The position numbers were made by a program, and so were the translations under genes. Below are positions 53,060 to 62,751 of a stretch of DNA of 64,000 nucleotides, in pieces. The stretch is from an uncultured Acidobacteriota bacterium. Lineage in GTDB: Bacteria; Acidobacteriota; UBA6911. The first letter of the stretch is position 1; every line of letters starts with the position of its first letter. The notes beneath the pieces are model-generated. The model was not told where the DNA came from. It was given only the letters and a program-made list of their open reading frames with translations, and ran no database searches. The DNA is taken from positions 160,001-224,000 of the forward strand of contig CAWEJX010000020.1 in the NCBI GenBank assembly GCA_963809485.1. The letters are read 5' to 3'.

Positions 53060-53137
53060 TCGCGCCCGATCTATGCGACGCGGCAAAGCCGAACCGGAAT
53101 GGATTTCAGGCGGAGGTGGGGGACCGCGGTGCATCAA

Positions 53138-53169
53138 AGTCAGGTACCTCCGGCAAAGCCGGAGGCTTA
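53138..53169 (-). mobile_element. Isolated family A terminal hairpin (A5)
   Basis: AGTCAGGTACCTCCGGCAAAGCCGGAGGCTT, identical to the A3 end; followed by a 13-bp inverted repeat at 53190-53243. Confidence 0.75.
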
Positions 53170-53300
53170 CCAGGGCAATCATGGTTTTTGGGAATTCCGC
53201 GCCTTTCCATGAGCGGATCCCTCGCCGGCTGCGCGGAATTCCCGTTTCATGACCGGGCGGCTGCAGGCGGCTGTCCTCAGATACCCAAAGGCGGAACCAT

Positions 53301-54545
53301 TTGGCGGACACAGCGCAAGCGGGCATGTTCGTACCCCAAGGAGAAAAACTGCGCCGGCGGATCTTCCCATTTTTCTTCGGAATAACCCGCGATGGCTTGC
53401 TTTATCTCGCCTTTGTGCTCCTGCTCTCGCTGGCAGCCGTCAACACCGGCAACAACCTGTTGTACGTCATCGTTTCCACTTTGCTTTCCATTATCGCCGT
53501 CTCGGGAATCATATCCAGAAATTCGCTGAAGCAGGTGTCGCTTACGCTCCAGATGCCTGAGAATGTATTCGTAGGCGAACGGGTGTCCGTCAAAGTATCC
53601 ATGAAGAACCTGAAACGGATCTTTCCGTCGCTGTCCATTCAAGTGGAAAGCCAGGATCAGACCCGCAGGCATTCTGCCCTGCGGGTGCTGGGGGCATGGC
53701 TATCCGGCGGTCGGGGCGTCCCCGCCAGGGCTCCCGAAGACCGGGACGTGTTCCGCCAGTCGGCCTATTTCCCAATTCTCGGACCCGGAGAAACGCGGTC
53801 GGAATATACCGTGCAGTCTTTCCCGCGCCGCGGGCTCTACAGCCTGGAGGATATGTGGATTTCCACCCGTTTCCCCTTCGGATTCTTCCGCCGCGGCGAG
53901 CTCGTGGCCGCAAAAGGCGAAGTGCTTGTATATCCGCAGGTGCTCGAAATTTCTTCATTCTACCACCTACTCCCATTCCTTTCGGGCCGCCTGGAAGACA
54001 CCCACGCCGGACCGGGCGAAAACCTTTTTTCCATCCGCAAATATCGGGATGGCGAGAGTGCACGCGTCATCGACTGGAAGGCGACATCCAAAACAGGGGA
54101 AGTGATGGCCCGGGAATTTGCGCGTGAGATTGAAAGCAACTTCTGCCTTGTTCTGGACACCCTGTTGTACGAGTACCCGAACAGCCGGCCTGAAATCGAT
54201 TTTGAAAAGGCCGTATCTCTTGCAGCAGGGATTGCGGCTCATTTCCTGAGGGAAGGGGCGGGGATGGCCTTCATCACGCCCCGTGAATATATTCCCCGGG
54301 ATGAGGGCACAGGCCAGCTATACCGGATCCTCCGGTCCCTGGCTCTGCTTCAAAATGAAGCGGCCCCTTCTGCCGATTCGGCGTATTCAAGGGCTCCCGG
54401 ATTCCCGGGAATCGAGGACCCGCAGGCGGTTCAGCAGCTGCTTTCCGACAAGGTTTTCAAGATCATCCTTACTTCCCGGCCCAAGGGAAGCCTCCCGTCG
54501 GCAATCTGGCGGTCTTCCCGTGTGATCTATTTCGACGAGCTATGA
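53301..54545 (+). CDS. DUF58 domain protein (start uncertain, 53301 or 53325)
   Basis: AAVNTGNNLLY, TRFPFGFF, IRKYRDGE..RVIDWKATSK, FEKAVSLAA. Confidence 0.88.
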   Translation: MADTAQAGMFVPQGEKLRRRIFPFFFGITRDGLLYLAFVLLLSLAAVNTGNNLLYVIVSTLLSIIAVSGIISRNSLKQVSLTLQMPENVFVGERVSVKVSMKNLKRIFPSLSIQVESQDQTRRHSALRVLGAWLSGGRGVPARAPEDRDVFRQSAYFPILGPGETRSEYTVQSFPRRGLYSLEDMWISTRFPFGFFRRGELVAAKGEVLVYPQVLEISSFYHLLPFLSGRLEDTHAGPGENLFSIRKYRDGESARVIDWKATSKTGEVMAREFAREIESNFCLVLDTLLYEYPNSRPEIDFEKAVSLAAGIAAHFLREGAGMAFITPREYIPRDEGTGQLYRILRSLALLQNEAAPSADSAYSRAPGFPGIEDPQAVQQLLSDKVFKIILTSRPKGSLPSAIWRSSRVIYFDEL

Positions 54546-56707
54546 CCTTTGCGCAATACTTCAAGGCATCCTCATATTGTCTAATTGCCTCCGGGTTCCT
54601 GGCAGTCGCTTCAACCGGAGCGATAGACAGGATTTCTCTGGCTTTCTTCGCATCGGTTTTGATCGGCAGCTGGTTCACGGATACCGGCAGGCTGCGACAG
54701 AAGATCCCCGTGTGGATGCTGAATTGCGCCGCCATCGCTTCCCTGCTATTCTTCGCAGCCGATATCCGCCTGCTGTCCCGTTCTTTTCTGGTCAGCATTG
54801 TGCATTTTGTCTTTTTAATTGCCGCCATCAAGCTTTTCACTCTCTCCAAAGACCGCGATTACGCGCTTCTGTACCTCATCAGCTTCGCCTTATTGCTCGC
54901 GGCATCCATTCTCACGGTCAATCTTCTCTTCGGCGTCTGGTACCTGGCGTTCCTCTTTTCCGGCATCATCTCGCTGGTTTTGTTTGAAATGCGCCGGAGC
55001 AATGCCAGGATGCAGAGCAGAGCCAGGGTTCAGCCGCTGGTGACGCCCCGCAAACTGCAGGGGACAGGATTCGAGCTCTTCTCCCCGTTCCCCTCCCGTC
55101 TTCTCTCCGAAATGATGGCGGGAATCACGCTGCTTGTTTTGCTGCTGGCAATCCCGCTCTTTTTTCTTTTGCCGCGAATGAATCTGGGCTTGTACCGACC
55201 GCCTCTGGGAAATACCCGCTTCCTGAGCGGATTCTCCGACAGGGTCGAGCTGGGCAGGATCGGTACCATTCTGCAGTCAGATGCTCTGGTGATGCGAGTC
55301 CGCATATCCCAATCCCTGTCAGGACTGCCCGCCGGCCTCAAGTGGAGAGGACTTTCCTTCGACTTTTATGACGGCCGCTCCTGGAGCCGAAGCGATCTCA
55401 ACAGGAGCGCAATTCCCACGCAGGGGCGGTATTACAAACTCGAGACCACCACCCAGGGCACAAACTGGATCGACCAGACTTTTTTTATCGAGGCTTTATC
55501 CACCGACGTGATTTTCGCCGCCCACAAGGCATTGGCCGTTTCCAGGGACGTCGGCGCTCTTCAACGGGATTTTTCCGAAAACCTGTTTGCGTCCCGGCGC
55601 CGGAAAAGCAAAGTGAGATATTCGGCGATATCCGACCCCATCCTCCCGGATCCGGCAAAAATCTCCGATCTGTCTCCAATACCTCCGGAGATATTGGAGA
55701 GATACCTTCAGCTGCCTTTCAGGAATACCCGGATTTCGGATCTGGCGGCAGAATCGACAAAATCGGCAGCCACAAAATACGAAAAGGCGTTGGCGATCGA
55801 AAACTATCTGCGCTCCCACTACGCCTATAGCCTGGAGCTTCGCGGGGATGCGGACAGCCCGGATCCGCTGGCCATGTTTTTGTTCGACACCCGGAGAGGA
55901 CACTGTGAATATTTCGCTTCCGCCATGGTCCTAATGCTCCGCCATATAGGAGTTCCCGCACGTCTGGTGAACGGATTCCGAATGGGCGAATACAACAGGC
56001 TCGGCAACGACTTCATTGTCCGGCAATATGATGCGCACAGCTGGGTGGAAGCTTTCTTCCCTCCGTACGGCTGGGTGGAATTCGATCCCACTCCGGCAAG
56101 CCCGCAGCATCCGAAATCAGCCTTCGCCCGAATGGCCGCCTATCTCTCCGACGCCATCGACCTCTGGTGGTGGGAAGGGGTGGTGAATTACGATGCCTCC
56201 AAGCAGTACCAGATGGTCAGCCATTTGCGGGAGGGGATGGACAGGCTGCAGAACAACCTGGCCGCTCTTCTGGCATGGGTATCCGATAGAGGCCGGATGG
56301 TAATCGAGCGGATGCATTCCCCAAACCCTGCGGCCGGGCTGGAGGGCGGATGGGTTCGCCGGCTGCCGTGGATTGCCGTTGCAGTGCTGCTGCTGGTGCG
56401 GCCCTGGCGCCGGCGCATTGCACTCCTGATCCGAGGTGCCTGGTACCGGAACAACGCGCGCAGGGCGGCAGACTGCTACTATGGGGAGGCTTTGGAAATG
56501 CTTGCGGCGCATGGAATGAAGCGGTCTTGCGGAGAGACGCCGCTGGAAATTGCCCACAGGCTCGGAGATCATCCCGCAGGCCCTTCACTGCGGGCGCTGA
56601 CCCGCCTGTACAATGCCGCACGATACGGGCCGCCGGATGCCGCCTGGAACCCGGCGGAGGCCCGGGAGCATCTGCGTTCCATGCGCATCGCCCTGCATAT
56701 CCGCTGA
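54542..56707 (+). CDS. DUF3488/transglutaminase (TgpA-like) membrane protein
   Basis: N-terminal TMs, GHCEYFASAM, AHSWVE, WVEFDPTP catalytic triad. Confidence 0.92.
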   Translation: MTFAQYFKASSYCLIASGFLAVASTGAIDRISLAFFASVLIGSWFTDTGRLRQKIPVWMLNCAAIASLLFFAADIRLLSRSFLVSIVHFVFLIAAIKLFTLSKDRDYALLYLISFALLLAASILTVNLLFGVWYLAFLFSGIISLVLFEMRRSNARMQSRARVQPLVTPRKLQGTGFELFSPFPSRLLSEMMAGITLLVLLLAIPLFFLLPRMNLGLYRPPLGNTRFLSGFSDRVELGRIGTILQSDALVMRVRISQSLSGLPAGLKWRGLSFDFYDGRSWSRSDLNRSAIPTQGRYYKLETTTQGTNWIDQTFFIEALSTDVIFAAHKALAVSRDVGALQRDFSENLFASRRRKSKVRYSAISDPILPDPAKISDLSPIPPEILERYLQLPFRNTRISDLAAESTKSAATKYEKALAIENYLRSHYAYSLELRGDADSPDPLAMFLFDTRRGHCEYFASAMVLMLRHIGVPARLVNGFRMGEYNRLGNDFIVRQYDAHSWVEAFFPPYGWVEFDPTPASPQHPKSAFARMAAYLSDAIDLWWWEGVVNYDASKQYQMVSHLREGMDRLQNNLAALLAWVSDRGRMVIERMHSPNPAAGLEGGWVRRLPWIAVAVLLLVRPWRRRIALLIRGAWYRNNARRAADCYYGEALEMLAAHGMKRSCGETPLEIAHRLGDHPAGPSLRALTRLYNAARYGPPDAAWNPAEAREHLRSMRIALHIR

Positions 56708-56826
56708 ACCCTCATCAATGGGCGGTAAGCGTTGCTCCGCGCTTTTGTCGGCCGTGGCTGCGCTGCCGTATCCTGAAGCTGTTAGATTTTCCAATCCCCG
56801 GCCGTGGCGGGAGGATGTTCATAAAG

Positions 56827-57714
56827 CTACCTCAAAGCCTCGCGGATTCTGCCGGTTGCCTCGGGCGGCGCAGCATCGACCAGCCCATCCCGCAGTATCT
56901 CGCCCTGGAGCCCAACGACGACGCAACGGACCGGGACGCGCCGCCGGGCCCGGCTTGCAGCCTCGACAGCATGCCTCAGCAGGCCGTTGCAGCAGGGAAC
57001 CTGCATGATCATGACACAGATGGAGCGGACGCAGGCCTGATCGATCAGCGCCGTCAGCTTTTCCTGATAGACCTCCTGATCGGCATCCAGTTTGGGGCAG
57101 GCAATCGCGAGAGTCCGGCCCTTGAGATAATCTTTGTGGAAATCCGCAAGCGCATATGCCACGCAATCCGCAGCCAGGACCAGTTCGGAATCCCGGTATT
57201 GCGGCGCCGATGGCGATATCAGGTGAAGCTGTACCGGCCAATGGGTCAGTTGGGACTGCCGGGAGATTCCGTCTTCTTCGACCGGATCCCGGCGTGAGAA
57301 AGCCTGACTTCGGGAACCGGGACACTGGACCGCAGCGGCCCCCCGGGCGGCAGGTTCCAGCTTGGGATTGACCCTAATCTTGCGTTCCTGCAAATATGCC
57401 AAAGCCTGTCTGACATAATCCTGCTGACCATGGTGGCTCAGATGTTCAAGATGAGCCTGGATGACATTGTGCCCCTGAGGAATAATGTTCTCGAGCACCT
57501 TGACTTCATCGTAGGGCTCCGCTTCCCGTTCTTCGACGGAAATGGCGTCCTCCGGGCAGGTGCTCAAACATGCGCCGAGGCCATCGCATAGAAGATCCCC
57601 GACAAGCCGGGCTTTGCCGTCGATGAGCTGCAGGGCGCCTTCCGGACAGTCGGATATACACAAACCGCATCCCGTGCACTTTTCATGATCGATCCGGATG
57701 ATTTTTCGTTTCAT
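56827..57714 (-). CDS. 4Fe-4S ferredoxin-domain iron-sulfur protein
   Basis: CTGCGLC...CPEGA, CDGLGAC..TCP, CPGS, WPVQL, AADC, IACPKLD, MQVPCC. Confidence 0.88.
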   Translation of the reverse strand: MKRKIIRIDHEKCTGCGLCISDCPEGALQLIDGKARLVGDLLCDGLGACLSTCPEDAISVEEREAEPYDEVKVLENIIPQGHNVIQAHLEHLSHHGQQDYVRQALAYLQERKIRVNPKLEPAARGAAAVQCPGSRSQAFSRRDPVEEDGISRQSQLTHWPVQLHLISPSAPQYRDSELVLAADCVAYALADFHKDYLKGRTLAIACPKLDADQEVYQEKLTALIDQACVRSICVMIMQVPCCNGLLRHAVEAASRARRRVPVRCVVVGLQGEILRDGLVDAAPPEATGRIREALR

Positions 57715-57785
57715 AGTTGCTCTCGCTTTCAGTTATTTGCACTGCCAACCACATGCTGATTATGGCCGGAAGCCGGCTGAAGATC

Positions 57786-57801
57786 CTTGATGCAGGTCAA
57801 G
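57786..57801. promoter_or_regulatory. Crp/FNR-family (FNR/HcpR-like) binding site
   Basis: CTTGAT-GCAG-GTCAAG palindrome about 70 nt upstream of the Fe-S gene. Confidence 0.6.
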
Positions 57802-57953
57802 AAAATACAGGTCATCATTCCACCTTGAATCATCCATAACTCGCAATCCCTCATATGGTTTTTAACGTTCAACGTTTGAACGTTCAACGTTTTTATATTA
57901 GTAGCGGAAAGAGCGCCTGTTGTGCAGGTATAATCCGGCGAAAGGAGAGCAAT

Positions 57954-59087
57954 ATGGAGATAGAAACGCAGTGTGTTCACAGCGGGCGGTATAGAGACAG
58001 GGCAAGCGGGGGGATGAACACTCCCATTTTCACCTCTTCTTCCTTTGAGTATCTCGACCGCGAATCCACAGTTTATCCGCGCTATTTCAATACCCCGAAC
58101 CAGGAAGCTGTGGTTCAGAAAATATGCGCACTGGAGGGCGCGGAAGACGGCGTTCTGTTCAGTTCCGGCATGGCCGCCATAAGCACCGCCATTCTGGCTT
58201 TCGCGGCCAAGGACGACCATGTCGTCATGCTCGACGAGTTGTATGGCGGGACACACGCCTTTGCGACCGACACCTTCGACCGGCTCGGAATTCAATACTC
58301 CTTCGCGGTGACGGACGCCGAGTCAGTCGCCCGAGCCGTGACGCCAGTCACCCGCGTTCTGGTCCTGGAATCGCCCACAAATCCCCTGCTCGGGATCCTA
58401 GACATCCGGCGCGTTGCAGAATTCGCGAGAAGCCGGGGAATCACCACAATACTGGACAATACCTTCGCTACGCCGGTGAATCAGAAACCACTGGCAATGG
58501 GCATAGATGTGGTAATCCACAGCGGGACCAAGTATCTGGGCGGGCACAGCGACCTGTGCTGCGGCGTGGCTGTGACCTCGCGCGAGAGGGCGGGACTCAT
58601 CCGCGGTCTGGCGCGGAATCTGGGGGGGAGCCTGAACGCCATCGACTGCTATCTCCTTGAACGAAGCATCAAGACGCTGGCCCTGAGGGTCGAAAGGCAA
58701 TCGGACAATGCGCTGCGGGTTGCCGAGTTCCTGGCATCGCACCGGGCGATCCACCGAGTGAACTACCCGGGGTTGCCGACCTTCAAGGGGCACGTCATCG
58801 CCAAATCGCAAATGAGCCGTTTCGGGGGGATGCTTTCGTTCGAGCTCAAGGAGGATGCCGGAGAACCATCCGCTTTCCTGAGGCGTTTGAAAACCATTAC
58901 GCCGGCGGTAAGCCTCGGCTCTGTGGAGACCATTATCTGCTGTCCCGCGCAAACCTCGCATTCCAAAATTTCCTCAAAGGAACGCGGCAGGATTGGGATT
59001 TCCAACCGCCTCTTGCGGCTGTCGGTTGGTATCGAGAATATCAGTGATTTGATCGCGGACCTGAAACAGGCGCTGGAGCAGGCCTGA
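57954..59087 (+). CDS. Cys/Met metabolism PLP-dependent lyase/synthase
   Basis: YPRYFNTPN, FSSGMAAI, ESPTNP, DNTFATP, HSGTKYLGGHSD, SLGSVET, RLSVGIE; AAGGAG SD and upstream TATAAT. Confidence 0.93.
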   Translation: MEIETQCVHSGRYRDRASGGMNTPIFTSSSFEYLDRESTVYPRYFNTPNQEAVVQKICALEGAEDGVLFSSGMAAISTAILAFAAKDDHVVMLDELYGGTHAFATDTFDRLGIQYSFAVTDAESVARAVTPVTRVLVLESPTNPLLGILDIRRVAEFARSRGITTILDNTFATPVNQKPLAMGIDVVIHSGTKYLGGHSDLCCGVAVTSRERAGLIRGLARNLGGSLNAIDCYLLERSIKTLALRVERQSDNALRVAEFLASHRAIHRVNYPGLPTFKGHVIAKSQMSRFGGMLSFELKEDAGEPSAFLRRLKTITPAVSLGSVETIICCPAQTSHSKISSKERGRIGISNRLLRLSVGIENISDLIADLKQALEQA

Positions 59088-59206
59088 CCCCAGGTGGCCC
59101 GTCGCAAGTCGCAGGCTGCATTGCCAGACGGCCCGCAATCCTAAACCCGGGCTGCGCCGCCGAAACAGGGATCTCGCGTAGTCGGGCGCGAAGTTTCACG
59201 CCCCGA

Positions 59207-59632
59207 TTACTTTTCCACAGGATATTTCAGCTCCACCCACTTGAGCAATCCGCCTTCGAGCAACTTGATATTCCGGTATCCCATCTGCGACAGCTTGGTA
59301 GCGGTATCCGTGGAGTCTTCTTCATGGGCGCACGAGCAATAAAGAATCAGCGTCTTATTGCGCGGAAGCGTAACCGGCAGTTTGAGTTTCGTCGCCCACG
59401 GAAAACTGACCGCACCCGGAATGTGACCTTCGTCGTAGGACTCCTGCGGGTCGTTGCTGACCACCAGGATATCCGGAGCCTTGCTGTCAATCATCTTTTT
59501 CAGCTCCTCGCACTTAACGGCGGGAAAGCTTGGAGTGACGAACTCGTCTTCCTGAGCAAAAACCATGAGAGAGACAACCCAGAACAGCCCGAAGCAGACC
59601 AATATTTGAGTGTATCTTTTTGGGGGGATCAT
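59207..59632 (-). CDS. Exported rhodanese-like protein
   Basis: Signal peptide, YDEGHIPGA, LYCSCAHEEDS, LEGGLLKW. Confidence 0.85.
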   Translation of the reverse strand: MIPPKRYTQILVCFGLFWVVSLMVFAQEDEFVTPSFPAVKCEELKKMIDSKAPDILVVSNDPQESYDEGHIPGAVSFPWATKLKLPVTLPRNKTLILYCSCAHEEDSTDTATKLSQMGYRNIKLLEGGLLKWVELKYPVEK

Positions 59633-59761
59633 TGAGGCACCTCTTCATTTTTCCGCGTATGCAAAATTTCCCTTTGCGTTCAATCGCGCCCTGCGGGCAC
59701 ATGCTATACTGAAGCATATCAGGACCGCAAAGTTGCATAAAAAATGCGGGCAAATGGATTT

Positions 59762-60562
59762 CTATTCACCGGCTTTGACAGCCGGCCGGTGGCAGGCCTT
59801 GCAGCTCTGCGCAGAGAAGCCGGCATGGTTTGCGGGAAAGGGCTTGAACATTCCTGCGCCGTGGCATTTTCCGCAAAGCTTGGGAGACCGCAACCTGAAG
59901 GCCTGGGTGGTGGGATCCTCCTGCCGGTGCACGCCGTGGCAGTCCGTACAGACCGGCACATCGGGGTTGCTGGTTTCCAGCAGGGCTTTCCCATGCGCGC
60001 TTGTGAGGTATTGCGCGTATGTAACCCTGTGACAGTTGCCGCATTCCGTGGAAATTTTCTGGCGCGGCACGTTCGGCCGGGTGACTGCATGGCTGCCATG
60101 GCAGTCGACGCAGATCGCGCCATCCCGGTTCCCGGCCGCAATGACGCGGGCGTGGTTGCTGTCCAGCGCCTGTTTGTATTGGTCCGGATGGCAGGTTTGG
60201 CATTGCCGATACCGTTCCATTTGAAAAGCGCGTCGGTCGTAAGCCGTATTCCCGGGGTGCGGGAATCCGCTGATGTTCGTGTGACATTCGGTGCATTTCA
60301 GGGCGCCATGGAGCGAAGCTTGGAGTTCTTCGGAATTGACGGTAAGCGCCAGCATTTCACCGCTGGGCAACATCGTGCTCAAGCCCTGAGTGGTATGACA
60401 GCCCAGGCACGCCGTGTCCTCGCGCTGCGCAGCTCCGGCCGCTCCCATAAGGCAGATCCACAGCAGGGCAGAAATTCCCTTTGTGAGAAACCGCCCATTT
60501 GCTCTCCGTGATGGTAAGATCGACAACAGGGAGACCTCTGCGACTGCATGTGTCTGTGCCAT
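59762..60562 (-). CDS. Octaheme c-type cytochrome (start uncertain)
   Basis: Eight CxxCH motifs (CLGCH, CTECH, CQTCH, CVDCH, CGNCH, CTDCH, CGKCH, CKACH) after a signal-like segment. Confidence 0.85.
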   Translation of the reverse strand: MAQTHAVAEVSLLSILPSRRANGRFLTKGISALLWICLMGAAGAAQREDTACLGCHTTQGLSTMLPSGEMLALTVNSEELQASLHGALKCTECHTNISGFPHPGNTAYDRRAFQMERYRQCQTCHPDQYKQALDSNHARVIAAGNRDGAICVDCHGSHAVTRPNVPRQKISTECGNCHRVTYAQYLTSAHGKALLETSNPDVPVCTDCHGVHRQEDPTTQAFRLRSPKLCGKCHGAGMFKPFPANHAGFSAQSCKACHRPAVKAGE

Positions 60563-60726
60563 CCAGTTGTCACAAGATATCAGCCTTTGCGTGCGACACA
60601 CAAGATCCAGCATCGCATAATCTTTCAGACTGCCCCTGCCCCGAAGCGGATTCGAGCCGGGCGCCGGCAAATCCGCTTGATACAATTATGAAGGGGGCTT
60701 ACTATTCACCTCCTCTGGAGCGGGTT

Positions 60727-62070
60727 GTGGCCAAAATAGGATTCATCAGTCTGGGTTGTCCCAAAAACCTTGTAGACAGCGAGGTCATGATAGGTCTGTT
60801 GCAGGCCAAAGGCCATGTCCTGACCGCCAATCCTGAGGAAGCGGACGTGCTGGTTGTCAACACCTGCAGCTTCATAGAAGGCTCGAAAAGAGAGTCCATC
60901 GAGACGATCCTTGCGGCAGCGCGGCTGAAGAATTCAGGGTCGTGCAAAAGGCTCATTGTTACAGGCTGCCTGGCCGAGCGTTACCCCGGTGAAATACGAT
61001 CCGATCTCGCCGAGGTGGATGCGATTCTCGGCACGAACCAGATAGAGGAAATCACCCGCGCCGTGAACGGGATTCCAGTTGCTCCGCCCGACTCGTATGG
61101 CCGCAGCGATGCGGATCTTTATCTCTATGATCACACGAAACCGCGCACCCTCGTCGGACCAAAGTATACGGCCTATATGAAAATCTCCGAAGGGTGCGAC
61201 CACACCTGCGCTTTCTGCATCATTCCGAAGATACGCGGACGGCTCAGAAGCCGCAGTGTTTCGTCCCTTGTACTGGAAGCCCGGCAACTCGTATCGCTGG
61301 GGGTCAAGGAAATAACCCTCGTCTCGCAGGACACGACGAGCTATGGGCTCGACCTCGGGATTCAGGACGGGCTGGCAATCCTTCTGAAGGCTCTCAACGG
61401 GGTAGACGGCCTTCGATGGATCCGATTTTTATACGTCTACCCTAATCTTGTCAGCGACAGGCTGATCGAGATCGTCAACTCGAGCGACAAAATCTGCAAA
61501 TACATCGACATGCCTCTGCAGCACGCCAGCGCCGGCATCCTCAGGTCGATGAAGCGCGGCGGAACCCGCAAGGGCCTGATGCGCATGATCCAAAGAATCC
61601 GGGACAGGATTCCGGGTGTGACATTCCGGACGACCATGATTGTGGGCTATCCCGGCGAAACCGAAGCAAACTTCCATGAGCTGATGGATTTTTGCAGGGA
61701 GTTCGAGTTTGACCGTCTGGGTGTCTTCTCTTATTCGGACGAAGAGGATACGATAGCCCATTCACTGCGGCCCAAAGTTCCAGTTCGTACGGCGGAGCGG
61801 CGCCGCCACCTTCTGATGCGGCAGCAGAGTTCCATAGCGGCCCGAAAAAACCGCCTCCTGGTCGGGAAAGAATTCCCCATCCTGGTGGAAGGCCCCTCGC
61901 TGGAAACGGATCTCATGCTGCAGGGCCGTCTCGAGTCTCAGGCCCCGGAGATCGACGGCGTCTGTCTGATTAATGATTCCGAGATCGGCAATGTGCAAAG
62001 CGGGGAATTCCGGACGATCCGCATCACGCGGGTTCTGGGCCATGACCTCCTGGGAACAATTGTCGGATAG
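60727..62070 (+). CDS. rimO: Ribosomal protein S12 methylthiotransferase
   Basis: SLGCPKNLVDSE, NTCSFI, GCDHTCAFC radical SAM motif, APEIDG TRAM domain. Confidence 0.96.
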   Translation: MAKIGFISLGCPKNLVDSEVMIGLLQAKGHVLTANPEEADVLVVNTCSFIEGSKRESIETILAAARLKNSGSCKRLIVTGCLAERYPGEIRSDLAEVDAILGTNQIEEITRAVNGIPVAPPDSYGRSDADLYLYDHTKPRTLVGPKYTAYMKISEGCDHTCAFCIIPKIRGRLRSRSVSSLVLEARQLVSLGVKEITLVSQDTTSYGLDLGIQDGLAILLKALNGVDGLRWIRFLYVYPNLVSDRLIEIVNSSDKICKYIDMPLQHASAGILRSMKRGGTRKGLMRMIQRIRDRIPGVTFRTTMIVGYPGETEANFHELMDFCREFEFDRLGVFSYSDEEDTIAHSLRPKVPVRTAERRRHLLMRQQSSIAARKNRLLVGKEFPILVEGPSLETDLMLQGRLESQAPEIDGVCLINDSEIGNVQSGEFRTIRITRVLGHDLLGTIVG

Positions 62071-62100
62071 GGTTTCATGGACCTGTGGACGGATGGAAAT

Positions 62101-62286
62101 ATGATCTTAAAGTGTCCGCGCTGTGGCAAGGAGACGGAAAGCACGGGAAATCCATTCCGCCCGTTCTGCAGCGAACGCTGCCAGCTCATCGACCTGGGCA
62201 AATGGCTGAACGGCGAATACCCTATCCCGGCCAGAGAAACGGATGAAGCCGGAGAATCAACCCCGGGCGAGGACAACCAGGAATGA
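62101..62286 (+). CDS. yacG: DNA gyrase inhibitor YacG
   Basis: CPRCGK...[16 protein letters not shown]. Confidence 0.92.
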   Translation: MILKCPRCGKETESTGNPFRPFCSERCQLIDLGKWLNGEYPIPARETDEAGESTPGEDNQE

Positions 62287-62744
62287 GAAAGCATCTATCC
62301 CTTATCGTCGCGAGCGTGTGTTACCTCGGGTACCTGCCGAAGGCGCCGGGGACCTGCGCGTCCGCCGCGGCGACGCTCGGCTTTTTCCTGGTATTTTATT
62401 CTTCACACCGTATCCTGCCCGGCCTTCACTTGACGGCCGTCTGCCTGATTTCCCTGGTCGGCACCCTGGCGGCAGACAGGGTAAGCCGGGATTCGGGAAA
62501 CGAAGATCCTTCGTTTGTGGTCATTGATGAAGTTGCGGGACAGCTACTCACGTTTTTGTTTTTGCCCGTCAGCGCGTTCAACCTCATTTCCGGATTCGTG
62601 CTTTTCCGGATTCTCGACATCTGGAAGCCCTATCCGATCCGGAAACTGGAAAGCCTGAAGCACGGCGTTGGAATCATGGCGGATGACCTGCTGGCGGGCG
62701 TTTACGGCAACCTGATACTCCAGGCCATCAACTATTTCATCTGA
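62283..62744 (+). CDS. pgpA: Phosphatidylglycerophosphatase A
   Basis: [38 protein letters not shown]. Confidence 0.95.
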   Translation: MRKHLSLIVASVCYLGYLPKAPGTCASAAATLGFFLVFYSSHRILPGLHLTAVCLISLVGTLAADRVSRDSGNEDPSFVVIDEVAGQLLTFLFLPVSAFNLISGFVLFRILDIWKPYPIRKLESLKHGVGIMADDLLAGVYGNLILQAINYFI

Positions 62745-62751
62745 AGGCAAA

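Noticed and set aside
45664-53326. Long antisense ORFs (45664-46998, 50812-52041, 51863-53326; also 36828-37811 and 62737-63897)
   Set aside because: Shadow ORFs opposite well-supported genes in GC-rich DNA, with no recognisable motifs
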